This document shows, one piece after another, positions 1 through 15,300 of a stretch of DNA of 64,000 nt (position 1 is the stretch's first letter; the number at the start of each line of letters is the position of its first letter). The stretch covers positions 50,656,001 to 50,720,000 of the forward strand of contig OZ076413.1 of assembly GCA_964187785.1 (NCBI GenBank), in the 5' to 3' direction. A program made the position numbers and the translations under genes. Under the pieces are notes generated by a model that saw only the letters and a program-made list of their open reading frames with translations, made no database searches and had not been told where the DNA came from. Origin of the DNA: Amphiscolops sp. MND2022. Its lineage: Eukaryota.

Positions 1-349
1 TACATAAATCGCTGGGTTTCAAAATCAGACCAGTGTTTAGATGTCCCTTTTCAAGTCCCATTCCAACTTTTGTGTTGTCTAAAAATGTTTCTTAGTCCGA
101 CAAAATAATTCTCACCGGTTGCAATTGACTCTGTGATTGTAGATTGCTGTGATCTGATGAAGGTGCAAGAGACCCCTTTAAATATGTTTGTGCCCTATCC
201 ACATTCCATCTTATCAATCATGTTCACCGATGTCGGACATCAAATTGGTTAGTTCAAAGTCTGAATTCATCCTATTTTTACAGTCGAAAGTTCTCGACTG
301 TAAAAACCTGTCTCGTTTGCAACTTGTTTCACGTCGGGAAAAATTTCAG

Positions 350-3300
350 GCAACTGTGCGGTGATGGAGAAAACTCCCAGAAGCTTCTTGATCAATGTAG
401 CTGGAAGAGTAGCCATCTTCCCGAGAGACCCGATGATTTCAGAATTAGAAATAGCTGAACAAGTGCCTTTGTGCACCCCAAGTGTCATCGCAAACAACGT
501 CGAGTTCATGTCGCTGTACAGCCCCGTCAAAAACAGTCTTTGCAACAGTGAATACTTCAAAGACTCAGGTCAGCATTTATTTTAATGATTTGGAGAATTT
601 GATGAAAACCTGTCTATGTTGATAAATGACTTAGAAATGAATAATGATACAAGGTTTTTGTTTCAAGACTCAGGTAAGCACACATCTTTCGTATAGCAGC
701 GCTATTGCACTTCTATGATGTTATTTATCTGAAAACTCCACGATTGACTACGAAATTTCTGCTAAATATAAATTTCAAAAAAATAGTACCATGTCTTGTC
801 ACCGAATGGTAAAAAATGATGGTACACAGCTGAAAACATGCGAAACGTTTCTCGTCATTGAAAGATGAAAAGAACAAGGAAAGCAACTTTCTTTCACTTC
901 TTTAGTGTGGCTCATGTGCGGGGCCTCTGGATTGAAAGCGTGGATATCTTTGCCCTTCGACTCAACCTCTGACGTCACGAGTTTCAATGTGAAGAGAGCC
1001 GTGTTTGTTTTTCACCCCATCAACTACCCTCTGGCCTTCGAGTGCAATTCTGGCTTCCTCATGGGTGTCGACACAGAGAACGTGACGGCTAGCTGTATAG
1101 CTGCATTGAATCCACCACCCAAGAAGCTCCCACCCAGTGCCAATAGTAACTCCAGACATTCCAGAGGCAGCGACCAGATACCTCATTATGTGCTGTCGAA
1201 AACGGTTAGCCTGGCTGTATTTTTGGAATTTTTAGAAACCCTTTATTAGTAGGAATGTGTAATGTTTCAATGCGCTAATGTCACTCAATTTTCAGTTTTT
1301 TTTGTGAATTTACGCCGGTGTTGTGCATTTTGTTTTCCTAGTATTTTCGTCAGCTCCATAAGCACAATTAGAGAAATACTGACAAAGATTTTTGGGCATG
1401 AACATGAGTGACGTCCATTATGGCAAACATTTACGTGACAAAGGAAATGGAATTCGTGTTCTGTAGAAAATCCACACAGACTCGGAACTTTTTAAACTAA
1501 TTCTTGAATTACTAGGTTTATTTTTGAAAGTTTTACTGATATTAACGCAAAGTTTTGAAAATATGCTCAGGACGTTTATGAAAAACTTACAAAAAGCTTT
1601 GAAACACCAAAAGGGTGCCTTTCGTGCTCGGAAAACGCTTCAGAAGTTCGGATATAGCGTGCTGAAACAAATACGAACGCTGTTTTGATCCTACGGCTCC
1701 TCCTCAGGAAAACGCAAATTACTTCGGATATAACTTCAAAAATTCGGATATAGCGTGCTGGGACAAACTGGAGCGCTTATTTTCGAACGTCCGCTTCCTC
1801 CTTAGTAAAACGCATTATAGTTCGGATATAACATCGAAAATTCGGATATAGCGCAATATTTTCGAACCTCTAGAATTTTGAAATAGTGCCGAAAATTGTA
1901 AAGGGAACTCTCCCGTCGAAAATTTTTAACATCCGTTCTGTTGTAAAATATCAAAAAATGAGAAGGGTGGACCCTTGGAGCCATTAAAAGTTTTTCGAAA
2001 GTCTCACAGTGCCGAAAAAAAATCGAAAGGGGGCCCTTTAATCTTCGGATTTGTATGTTACGTTAAAAAAGGAAAAAATGAAAGGGGACCCTTTGCAGTA
2101 CCTTAGATGCGATTTCGCTGGCCATACTTGATCAATTGAAATCGTTGATCAATCATCGTTGAAAACGAAAATCAAGCCGTTTGTTTATTGAGTTTTGTTG
2201 GTTTCAGCTTGAAATATTTGTGCCGCAACTGATCGAAGAAATGCTTCGTCGCAATCTGAGTGGCCACAGCATCCGTCTCATGCACAGCCTCACTTCTCTG
2301 CAGTCTTTCGACCACATGCTGGAACTTCTGTTACACAACGTGTTAGAGGCAGAGGCTACCACCAGTGACCCTATTGCGGACCCTCTCTTACCCTGTATCA
2401 TTAACTTATTGCGCAATCAGTATCCCAACAAGTTCCTCAACATCCTCGCCAGGTGTGCACGCAAGACCGAAGTGGCTATGTGGACATTTCTGTTCAATGC
2501 TGCTGGCAATCCTGCTGATTATTTCAAGGTTAGCACGACTAATCGGGTCTATGTTGCACTGAATGACGCACTATGCTTACGTACTCTGGGGATCCTAATA
2601 AGAGAGTGAGTCCCTTTTTCGTCTCAAGATTTTTAAGAGGGGAGTCTAAATTTGGAAGGTCTGAATCCAGACTTTTGCTCAAAGCGCTTCGCAAACAAAA
2701 GGCTTACAGCTTGAAAAAAACTTGAAAAGTATATGGCAGACAGGAGTTTGCGAAGATGATGAGCGCGAAAATGTTTTTGACACAAATTGCCTTTTGACAA
2801 ATCCGTCGTCGTTCTCGTCATTTTTTCACAGGGAACCATTAGTGGCGGGGAAAGATTGGTAAATCTGGTGTTACCAATTTTTGGTCCAATACATTACAGG
2901 GGGTCTCTCTTATTAGAATCATCGGAGTACTAGCGGTTATTAAATGGGAAGTTTCGGAGAACATAATTTCAAATTTTCCTTGTAGAAACTTCATTTTTAG
3001 TCGGCGCTTTTTTAGTGAAAAGTGTCCGACTCTTACAGTGGCTAGTTTTTTTTCTTTTTTTTTCGTCAGACTACAATCTCACTCTGATTGGGCCACTTTT
3101 CTTACAATCGAAACTACTAAAATTACTACCATAAGGCCGAGCCAGGTCAGCGGAAATTAGTGCAAAAGGGTCCCCTTTCAATTTTACTATTTTAACGTAA
3201 CCTACAAAACCGGACGAATATAAAGGGTCCCCCCTTTCGATTTTTTTTCGGCATTGTGCGACTTTTTTTCGAAAATTTTTCAATGTCTCAAAAGAGTCCG

Positions 3301-6300
3301 AATTTTTTGATATTTTGCAACAGAATATATGTTAATAAAGCCCAAAAGGTCCCCCCTTTTACATTTTTCGGCACTATGCGACATTTTCTGAAAGAAAAAA
3401 AATCAAAAAATTCAAGTTTTTTTTTCAAAAAAAGTCTTTTGCGCTTTTTGAGCCTTAGATATAGCGCCGACTTTATTTTTTCTTTTTTTTATCAGACTTT
3501 TCACTCATCGCGTATGTACCACTTTTTGTAAAAAGATTCACGTTTACCAAAAGTACTCAGTACTTGATTTTGAACGCCTCCAAAGGCCTCTACCTTGAAA
3601 TGCAAAACCCAGAAGGGTCCCCCTTCCAATTTTTCGGCGCTATCAGTCTCCGAAGGGTCGCTCCTTCATTTTTTAAATATTTCTGCTTTAGCAGGAATAT
3701 TATTGAAATCTGGAAGCGTCTACTTTTTTTCAGAACAATTTTTCGGACGATCTGAATAATTCAGATATTTTGTTCGGCAGTGAGTGTAAGCGAGAGATTT
3801 AAATTCAATTCTAGTGCGATGGAACGAGCGAGTGGTAATTATCCATTCGTATGCTGACGTCATTGAGATGAAGCGAGCGAATGTTCGTAATTGTGCTTTC
3901 GTTGCCCCGAGTTATTGAGATGAAGCGAATGAGTGAATTATTCGTTCTCGGAGAGCTTCGCCTGCATTCAAATACGAATGCAAAACTTCGTTCTACGCTT
4001 AGTAGTTATATTTTCTTTAGTCCGAGAAGAATTAAAGGCGGTGTAAACTTGTACAGTGATTACATGTAATTGTGCCTAAATAATGATTAAACAAGAGTGT
4101 ATTGGTATTCCAGATATGATTCTTTTATTAATGAATTTTTTTGTTTCAAAAAAAAATAAAGATTAAAGCAGAAATAGTACTGAGCCCCGGAGGGGCCTAT
4201 TTTTTGATATTTTGCACCAAACTGGATTTTCAAAAAGCCCAGAGAGTCCCCCCCTTCTACAATTTTAAAAACTTTGCGCTTTTTGAGCCTTAGATATGGC
4301 GCCGACTTTAGACGTTCCCGTCTTGTTTACATTTAGCTTATATTTTGTATGTTTCAAAAACCAAAGCGATGTTGTGTTTGTTTCTAGAGTTGCATAGAGG
4401 CGAATGAGTTAGCAACTGCAGCCTCCTACCTCATAATTCTGCAGAACTTGGAGCCTCTCTCGGTTAGCAAGCAATATGCCAACATCCTTGTGGATACATG
4501 TTTAGAAAAACGTGAGTGGATGCTGGTGAGAGACATCATTCGTTTCCTCAAATCTATTGGTTAGTCATGTTCTAACTTTTCGTTTCTTTTTTACTAGTCA
4601 TCAGTCCATTTATTTACCACGTAAGATGATTATTCTAAAAATAAGTGTAAAGACAATAATATGTGCTGAGGTTGAAAAGAATCAGTCAACAGTAAGAATA
4701 ATGGTGCTCTATAGCGCTATTTGAAAAACGTTTTTCGACTTATTTAGCCCCGAACGTCAATGTAACAACCCCGTAATATTTTGTTTCTGAAGTATTCAAG
4801 CAGTAACTTCATGACAATATTGGTGTAGGATATTCTAATTGTTGCCGTAACTCCAATTGGCTTGGCAATGTTATAACCCCAAATGGACGATAGGGTCGAA
4901 TTCGTACCAGTTACTTTCTGTAAACTTTTGAAGGCACCATCTGACCACATGGTGAAAAAACTCTTGAATAATAATTTCAGACGATAGATATTACACAGAA
5001 TTGCACACCTTTCCACGGAATATTGACTTGATGTCTCCGAAATAAAGAAAACGGGACCAAAATACACAAAAAAATTGAGCGCAGATTTTCTGTTTGTCCA
5101 GTCTGTATTTGTGGCCACTTTATCCCACTGGTATCAAGATTGGGTCAAAGTGGCCCTAGCATGTTTTCAAACAGGCTGAAATACAGTGTAAGACACGAGG
5201 CGTGCAAAGTTTCGACGCAAAGTCCGCAGTCAGTGTGGCGAACTTTGCGCGCAAGGGTCCGAGCCTGCGGGATCTAAGCCCAGGAGTTCAAAAATTATTT
5301 TGAAAGCCCTGATTGTCTTCTTTTGAACGCGCTATAAATCGTTTGTCGGACTTGATTAGTTTAGGAGATATTGCGGTTTAAAGTTCAAGTACCTGAATTT
5401 TGGATGGATCCGGAAATTTATTCGTCCATTTAGGATTAAAGCAACCTACCAATTTTTCAACTTCTGAATCATTTTGACGGTAGCCCACATTCTTCAACAA
5501 CACAAATTATATTTCACATTTTGTCAAAACCTTTTGTCCGAACGACAAAAGAATTTAAAAGTGGATTTTCCTCCGGCGTTGAGAAAATTTGGTTTTTCTT
5601 GAGAATTGATGGTTAGACTTTCACACAACTCCTTTTTGGCAAAAGCCAATTTTCTCAAAATTCCTTGGTGCATATAAAACGGCAACCCTATACCCTTACG
5701 CAAGACATTGTGCAACAAAACCACATGCTGTTAGGCGCAAAAGGGCCACACTAAAAGCGGAGGTGAAGGAAATTCTAAATTGCGCGTGCGGATACAGTGG
5801 CTCGCAATATCAAAATGAAAACCAGTTGTTAGGTCTTTCAAACCTGCTATAGACTCCTTTAAACCCGCTATCATGCGTAGTTGTAGAGATATTAACCATT
5901 GATTTTTTTTAAAATTTGCAAAATTCCATGTCCATTGGGGTTAAAATTTTTACCATCCTGTCAGTTTCAACTTCGCCTTCTTCAACTTGGGTATTTTGTT
6001 GTTGCAAGTGTGCTGTAAAGACTTTTATTACAGCTTCATCCGCGGGTGACGAAATCTCGCCCAAAGTAGCCATGACACCATACTCAATCTACTCCTTTAC
6101 GACTGGGGGTTCCATGGTGTCATCAGGCTCATCTTCTGCGGCCTATACCTCTCCCACATCCAAAGGGGGCGCACCCAACAGTGCCTCTAGAACAAGAACC
6201 TTTTCACAGAGTGCGGGCAACAATAATGCCAATTCTGCCCAAACTACGGCATCTGTAGTTGCAACATCTACTGCTGTCGCTCCTCTCACTTTTGGGGGAC

Positions 6301-9300
6301 CTTCGACTTACACTGGGCAAAAACCATCTGTCACTCGGTAAGCGGTATTTGTGAATCTTCTCTGAACACATTGCAACATTCCTGTCAGCTAGAAATAGTT
6401 TTGAGATCGTTCAAAGTATTGACAGACCTTTTTTATATCCTTGTACCTTCGTGAACAAAAAGTGTTCCATAAATCCAGGAAAATTCACAGCTAGATCTTG
6501 AACTCATGTATTTTGCGTTTTAACGGTGAAGGTTCAAGTTCTTTGCGCTTCTTTCCAGAGAAAATATTGAGATAAAAAATGGAAAACAGAGTCAAGCTCG
6601 CCGTATTTCTCTGGACGTTTTCCCTTATTGCACATGACGAAGTCAATGTGCATTGCAGTCCAGCTAAGAAAGTTTTTTTTCCACAATAGTCAACTTCATA
6701 ATGAGCGCCTTTTAGACAAAAGCCAAAACCCCTGAGAGATTCGAACCTGCAGCCTCCCGATTGCACAGCATAAGTGTTGACCACTGTGCCATAGGGACGT
6801 TATTGAACAAAGTTGAACTGTTGAATATATACGCATGCGATTAAAATAATATATATACGCATATTAAAATAATGTCTTCGTCATGTGTTGCGAAGCACCG
6901 CTTCGCCTCTGTGTTGAAAGTGGTTTCATGAGAGAATTTGATACGGTACTGTATGTTACGCGGAAAAACAGGAAAAACTTTTTTAGTTCAGTTCGCTAGG
7001 CCAAATGGTTCAATGTGACACCATCATATTTCGTAGATCTTTTGTAGAACTATTTTTGGTCAGTTCGTGTGGTTTAAAAAGTCACTATAATAGTTGTGTG
7101 TCACTTCATGAAGCGTCGACCAAAAATGGGCAAGCAGCTACTAGGTTCAATTCATTTAGGAGTTCACTAGAGGCAATTTTAACGGTGTTTTTGTAATAAC
7201 ACATTCCAGTTTCCTTCAAAATTAATCAGAACTGTTTTGAACTTTCAGCCTTTCGTTGTCGAATTACTACAACAGCAGGTAACAGTGAACCGTTTGCAGT
7301 TGAACTTTTTAAATCTGTTTCGTCTTACCCACCGCTTGTGTTACTATTTTTGTCATCTTTTTAAACATCCAAGATCGAAAGTCATGAAACAGTCACTGTA
7401 CTCAACAGTAGAAACTGATATAGGCTCAACCTTGGCTTTTATGAAAGTCCTAAATTCTTCATAAGAGTGTGACATGGTTCAAGACTTGTGTGGGTGTGAA
7501 CCTTATTTTCCGTTCATCCAAGAGCTTCAAAAATCTGATGTCAAGTATGAGAGGTAGTATTGAGAGTTAAGGAATGCATTTCTTGAAAATTATATGAAAG
7601 TTTTACCAATGTGACTTCTTTCATGTCGTATTAGAGAACTGATAACTACCGCTGTCTCCCAAAGAGCTCAGCCACCTGCATTGGATTTTTCGATTGACAA
7701 GCAGCTCTACTTTGGTTATCAAAATCCAATGCAGCATAATAAAGTACTTGCAATTAACAAGCCGAAAACGTTTGAAGTCGGCGCTCAAAAAGTTGGTTCG
7801 ATTTCATCTAACTGGATATCACTGGCTTCAAGCTGGGGAATTTGTTGAGCTACTCATTTGACCGTTTGAGAAGTTAAAGGAAACTCATTTTCCGTCCAAA
7901 ATCTTGTAAACATACAAATCAGTACCAGAACTGAGTTTGTCCTTGAAACTCTAGGCATACTAAAATCTACCGGAAAAATGTTCTTGAGATAGACCATCTT
8001 CAATGAAGCTACTAAAGAACCCATAGGGTTGATGTTTCTAAGTGTTCTTCAACGTTTCAATCTCTGTTCTTGTTAATCTAGATATCTTATGTGAAGTCTC
8101 ATTTCGAAGTTTTAACCATACTTGCTTTATTGTGACGTATTGCAGAAGATTCCGAAGGTAAAGAGCATTCTGTCGGTCACATTTTCTATTGTTGGTTTAT
8201 AAATCTAGTCTGTGAATACTTTCCTAATTGGCGGTTCTCTATCATTGCAGTGTTTCTCAGAAGTGAAAATTAAATGTCCGAAAGATCCCATCGATGTACC
8301 TTCATTTTCGAAACATGCAAATATCTAGCGTTGTCATTAGTTTACAATCGCTTATCCATTGGAATGATATGAATTAGGTAACTTTTGAAGATTTCAGATA
8401 ATGCTTTCATAAATGGGGTGAAAAAGATTTAGTATATTCATTTTCTCGACTCTTCAATTCATCATTGCGCTATTGAAGGCGCTGGTAGATCTACAGTAGA
8501 ATCCGCCTAATTCGTATCACTGGGGACCGAATAAAAGAGTACGAATAGTGAGAAATACGAATTAAATGAAGATCCGAATTAACCGGAGTTGACTGTATTT
8601 GACTTTGCGCTGATTAGGGGCCTTGTTGAAGCTGTATGTAAGAGCAAAACGATCGTCTAAAGTTGGCACTTCGCCTAAGCCTCAAAAAAGCCAGGTTTAT
8701 GGCACTTCGCCTAAGCCTCAAAAAGCCAGGTTTATGGCACTCCGCCTAAGCCTCAAAATATGCTCATGGGACACTTCTAAAGTTATCTCACTGCGGAGTT
8801 TTTTCGAGAAAGGTCTTTCGGGCTCAAAAAATGTTTTTCCCTAACTCAAAACAACAAAAAAACGCGAATTGAAGGATATTTCAAATTATCAAGTCACGCA
8901 GTTCCCTTTAGGCTCAAGAAACGATTACGAAATTTAGTCGTCGGTATTTACGTTCTATAAAACGTCGCATTATATCTAATCTATTAGGAATCGTGTATAA
9001 TTATTGAGTCTTGACAATTATCTTAATAATCATCGTTAATTGTGCAAGTAGTCAATGATAGTAAGAATATAGTAAGTAAGCGTCTCGATGAGTTGATTGA
9101 ATGCAATCAACTTTTTGACTCAATTTTGGTGTCAAACTAAAACTTGTTCTTAAGATCTCATTTTAATAATTGAATAATTAATAATTCAAATGATATCTTT
9201 TCCCGAACGCTGGTAATTCGAATCAATACGGCGAAATTTCTGACGACGAAATTTCTGGATTTGCTAATACGACGAAATTTCCGCCTCCCCGAGAAACGCT

Positions 9301-12300
9301 TCTTCGTTCTATAAAAATTTACAAACTCAGAAGAAAAAGTCACCCAAAACGCCAAACGGATCCTTTGTCCTGTCTACCATTGCGGAATTCGAACCCATCA
9401 ACTTTTGCTCTGCAGTCAAGCACCCTTTACACTAGACTGTGCAAGGTAACCACTGTGTTCGGATGTGAGTGTTTTCAAGAAGTGGACATTTCAGCATGAA
9501 AACCTAGTCACTGTACTAGTCGCGTCTATTTCTTCAAAAAAAACGCCGACTAAAAATGAGGGTGTTATTCGCTGCAAACTGTATTTTCTCTTTGAAAAAA
9601 AACGCATGGTTCCCAACAGTATAAGTTTGATTGAAATATTGGTTTCCGAAATAGTAATATACAGTTTGGTTTTACTTCAACTTAAGTTGAACAAGTTGAA
9701 AGTTGATTTTTCCCTGCTTCCTATAGTCAGCCCGTGCTTTTTTCTACCCTATCGAAACTATTCCTGCTGCAATTAAAAAATAAACCCATATAAAATAGAT
9801 ACTGTGGTAGATGGTTGTGAAATTAGCCAATAATGTAGTTACCGAATTAATATCCGCAACCTTTTTGAGCTTTCATGAAGAGTTTCGACAAGGTTACGAT
9901 TTCGCTGAGAGATAGCCTCGCTTCTTGATCTGTTGCAATAGATAAAGATCGCTCAATTTTCATCTTTAATTGTAACGATGGCCGGCTAATTCAACAACTG
10001 TCAACGATTTTGTACGTTGTGCTGCAATTTTACGTCTTTTAGCTCTTTCTCACTGGAAAGTGACCTCAATTCTCAACAGCCAAATAGGAAAGATTCTGCG
10101 GCCTCTGGTACTGGCATGACGTCATCAGCTGACTCGGCATACGGGTCAGGAGTCAACAAGGCGGTTTCTACGTCTCCAGGGACAACGTGGAACCCATCAA
10201 TGGGTCAGCAGCCAGACAGTACAGACATTTTCTACCTCTCTTCTCTTATTGCCAGACGAGCCAGAGGACTATTGATGAACAACGAGATTCATGAACTGTT
10301 TTTGATGGCGTCTCACATAGGTTTCAATGTCACGTCTTGGCTTAAAAGAGAAAGGTTATACTTATATTTTTCAAAGTAATTACTTTTGAAGTATCATTTT
10401 CGGCTTCTCTGTTTTCTGTCTGAGAGGCTGTATATTGACGTCAAGCAGAATTTTCTATAAGTGCCGTAGTCCGCCAGGTATGGCTGTCCTAACCTTGAAA
10501 AACATTCGAATGCAACTAATGTCGCCAAACAATTTCAGACAATCGGTGAAATTGTTAGTCATGATTAACAAAACGCTCGCTGAGCACCGGCATATTTTCC
10601 GTCTTGAACTATTTTAGCGACGACATAAAGTTCGAGCGTAGCCATTAAACTACGAAATTTGCAGAAGTTCGAAAAATTGAAAATTTTGGAATTTCCTGGT
10701 TTATTCTATCCTTTGTTAAAAGCTATCGATACAAAAGTATGCCAAGTAGCCAAATCAAAGTTGGGTAAAACGACTTTCTCAGACCTTATGGTCCCTTTTA
10801 AAATGAATTTTTTTTAAAAAAAAACAATTTTTCATTTTAAAAGGGACCATAAGGTCTGAGAAAGTCTGTTAAAATATAATTACCAGAAATTTCGTCGTCG
10901 GAAATTTGTCGTCAGAAATTTCGTCACCTGAAATTTCGCCGTCAGAAATTTCGTCGTCGGTGATTACGTTCTATAAAACGTCGCATTTTCTCTAATATAT
11001 TAGGAATCGTCTTAGTATTGAGTCTTAATAATTATCGATAATTATGCAATTATTGCTATCATTGACTACTTTTAGTTACGGTTTTGAGAGAAAACGTTTC
11101 GGACTAAGTTCCTTACATCCGCACTGTCTCATGTTTCGGAATTTTTAGTTAGAGAATTTTTGACATTTTTTTCCGACTTGGGAAGCAAATTTAGCAATTT
11201 CCCTTTGTAGAAAGTTTTTGGTTTTGAAACTGATGAAAATTCGTTAATACGAACATCCAAAAGTAAATAGTTTCTGTGGTAAATGATAACTGTGACAAGA
11301 GTTTGGATAACATTGAGGAAATTTCCCTCTTAATCATTTTTGCATTCTCTTAAAAGTAGATTCACTTTGTGAATGAGTTTTTGTGATTTTATAGCAGCAG
11401 CAAAATGCCTTTGCAAATGTTCAGTTTTTTTAGACACAGAGCTGCTCGTGTGGACAACTATGAAACGGCACTGGAGAAACTTCATGAAGACTTCGATTGG
11501 CCTTTTCCTGGTACGAACATGTTCTACTTTTTCACTTTTCATGTGAACAAAGTATGAAATGAAAAGTCATGTCTGCTTTGCTTTCAGTGTTGGCCAAACA
11601 ATCCATGGAGGAAAAGATTGCATGCTCTACATGTAAGGAATACTATTACACTCAATTTTCATGTAGTACTTCTCTGCTTTAGCGATACGATATTTTTGAA
11701 TAGAATATGAACGGTATTATAGAATATGAATGAAACAACGCTTGATCCATAAAGTACGACTGTAGTGGCAATTATTGGCATTGCATGAATGCATAAATGA
11801 ACAAACCAGTGACAACCTAAGTCGGCACTCTGCCTGGGACTGAAGACGAATCCTTCAAACATGCTCAAGGCTGTTTTTGAGAAGATTCTGAAACTTCACG
11901 GTGACCTTTTTGATATGTACATGCGAGCCTGAATTTAGTAACGCTCTATGGAAAAGGAGACCGTTCAAACTGGAGTTTTTGTTTTGCAAATTTACTGACT
12001 AGGCATCCAATGAATTTGTGCATCCAATGAAAAAACTAATCGATCGAATCATTACAGTTATAGCGCATTTTTGTTGGTGTAAATTGGGGAAGAATTAGGT
12101 ATATTTTCCCCTGTTCAATTCTACATGCAGAGCCTAATTCATGCTTTCCCGATTTTCAGTGTCAGGCTCTTCTCCAGCCTCCTCTGTGGTCACCTTACAA
12201 GACTTCCCCCCTACTCCTTTGAAATCCTCTTCGGGGGGTAAAATGAACCCTACTGGCGTGAACACGCATGGAACTGCCAATCATTCCTCCAACTCATCCA

Positions 12301-15300
12301 CGTGTAGCAATACCGCCACTGCAGAGCCCATTCCTGTTCCCAAATCAGCCCATGTCTCATCTTTACCCCCTGACTCAAGGCAACCCTCACTTTATAGTTC
12401 TTTGAAAGCTGCTTCTTCCTCTGAAAGTTTGGCTCAAGATGCTGTTGTCCCCAATGCTGGTGAACTGCCCGTGGGAATTAATTTTGGTCTAGAAAATTTG
12501 TCTCTCGAGGCAATAACTTCAGGTCTCACTCCCAATCAAAATGCCATGCAACATGCAAGACTTCAACTAGCAGGTTATTTACCTTTCTTGCCAATCAGAT
12601 GTTGTATAATTTGATGCTCTGGAGAATTTTCAAGGTTTACTGTTTCTGGATTTAAAAATTATGGCGAATTTTTGGTCAATCGTACATATCTTGGACACAT
12701 ACGTGGAACTGAATCTCCAAATTTTGAAATTTGAACTGACTGGTGTCAAGATTTCTTAACAAACTCTTAAGTTAAGGCAAGGGCTTCAGCGCATTAACCG
12801 CATAAAACCGTTAGAGTATTTACATCTTCAATTTTTTTCAGTATTTAATTTTTGTTCGTGATCCTGCTTTGTACGTCAACTGTTTTATATGGCTCCTTTT
12901 GCTGGGTTCCGGACGTTTCGGCACAAGACGTTTCGGCAACAAGATGGCGGAAGACGTTTCGGCAACTTTTTGTTGCCGAAACGTCTTTGGTGCCGAAACG
13001 TCTTCACAGCAGGTGAAAGACGTTTCGGCAACAAATTTTCAGTACTTTCCCCTTCTAATGTGGGGGCATATTCGGTGTATGCACGCTCGCCCTCACCGTC
13101 GCAAAGACCAGCTCCCACTACGATCGCTTCGCGATCTCCGTTTCCGCTAGGTCTTTGCTCCTGTTCGACCTCGCTTAGCAAGATGGGAATATAAGCGGCC
13201 CCAAGGGGCCGCGGGGCACTAGAGGAAATGGGGACATATATGGGGCACGTTTCATACTAAAGAAAACTACAGATTATTCTTCTTGTTGCCGAAACGTCTT
13301 TGGTGCCGAAACGTCTTCACAGCAGGTGAAAGACGTTTCGGCAACATTTTGTTGCCGAAACGTCTTCCGCCATCTTGTTGCCGAAACGTCTTGTGCCGAA
13401 ACGTCTTGTTCCCCTTTTGCTTCAAACAGAAATTTTGCCTGTTTCTCGTTCATTGGTATCTTTTTGGCTATTTTGAAGCCAAGGTACTTGCATATGGCAT
13501 GTATTGACTTGTGATTTGTATAAAACGTACTCATTGTGTTTTAATTGTTTGCAGATTTGAGTAGCAGCTGCGAAGGTTATCAGTCTAACTTGGCCACCCC
13601 CCAGGATGACACATCATCATGGTCCGATGACGTCACTAATGGAGGTGGACCTCATCTGGCGGGATCCCACAACCTCGAAACCTCCCTCCTTCTAATGGGT
13701 AGTGTTGCCGAAACTGCCCAGAGCCAGTTATCTCAATGTGCTGATCTGGAAACCCTCGTACAACAGTTCAAGAATCGCGGCTCCGAGAGAAGCAAAAGAC
13801 TTCTGAAGTATGTGCTGGAAGTGATGGTGGAGAGCGAGTGCTATGAATGGGCAGTTCTCTTGTGTCTCATGCTCAGTGACGTCACACAGGCAATCAGCAT
13901 TATCAACAACATCATTGGGTCCGCCAGTCTGACAGACGTGGGCCAGAGACTCATCTCCGGTTTGGCCTCTTTGGATTCCTGGTCCGCCAGAAATTGGTAT
14001 GTTGTCATTTCTTTCTCATCGTTTATAATCTGGATTTTTTGGACTTTTTAAACAGAATTGACGATAATCATTCTTTCCCAAAATGTTGAATGTTGAATCT
14101 CTAGTACTTTCTAAACACATTGATGTAGTGAAAGGTGAACTTCTGGAAATCGCAAAGATGGAACAATACCTAAATATGTCTCTGAAAAATTGTCCAGAGT
14201 TTGTTATCCAAAAAGCTTTGCTAAAATGTTTGGTTTTTTCATCGGTAGCGTTAAAATATCTTTCACCCGAATGAGCATACGATGTAATCTTTATTTCGGA
14301 GTTTTATTTTTTTACTTTTCAGCATTTTCATTTTAAAATGACCATGGCAATACTGGTAATTATTTACATTTGTCCAAACTTTGGATGATCATCTTTACCT
14401 GTGATTGTAATCAATCTAAGACAATTACCGACCATAAACTCACCATTTGAAATTTTTCTATTGCTACTGGAGCGTTTTATATTATTTGCTTTCTCAGTGA
14501 GATATCTTTTCTAGACAAGGGAGGCTCTCTTGAATCTCTTGCTTTGAAATTTTTTGGCTGCCAACATTACAAGTATATAATTTCTTTCAAATAAGTAGTG
14601 CTTGAATAGAAACGCTTGACAAGCTCAATTAGATGGTTAAAGTGCATCTGCAGACAAAAGAAAATTCAAATAGACCAAAAATTATGACCAATGCGTCAAA
14701 AACTCCTTCAAACACTTCACATCAAATTTGAGCCTTGTATCATAACAATATTCGAACGCCAAATCATAAGTAATATAATCACAAAATTGCTATTCGAAAA
14801 CGAACTTCCTTGCCATTTTCTCAGTCGTACGCTGGGTGAATTCAAACAACACATAGGATCATATATACATGTATTTCGTATTTCAGTGTGACATATCGTC
14901 TGTTTCTCGCTGCTTTGTTTCCGTACGTGCAAGTCTTGAAAACAGTTATGGACTTCTCATTCAAAACCCAGAAAGGTAAAACTACCACCAAAAATGGTTC
15001 TTCATCCAAGACGAAAGACAAACAAACTCCAGCTGTTGGCCTTCTAATGCCAGCCAAAAATTTGCAATCCGACAAAAGTGCTTCATCAGTGAATAATACA
15101 CAATCGGCAGCCAATCGCAGACTCTCATGGTGGCGAGGCTCAGTCGCAGCCAGTCAGAATGAGAGATCGGAAGTAGCGGATGACGACAATGCAGCTTCTG
15201 AAACGAATGACGCAAAAGAAATGGCCCAGCTGCAAGAGGAAACCATAGAATGGCTAACCGATTCTCTTCAAACTTACAGACAAAATGAACAATTAGTTGC

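Noticed and set aside
6729..6798. Functional tRNA gene
   Set aside because: The anticodon and T stems pair poorly, so it is kept only as a tRNA-derived relic.
12869..13534. Overlapping ORFs with repeated peptides, and a CRISPR-like look
   Set aside because: These are translations of foldback subrepeats. The arms are inverted with a TSD, there are no unique spacers and no cas genes, and the context is eukaryotic.
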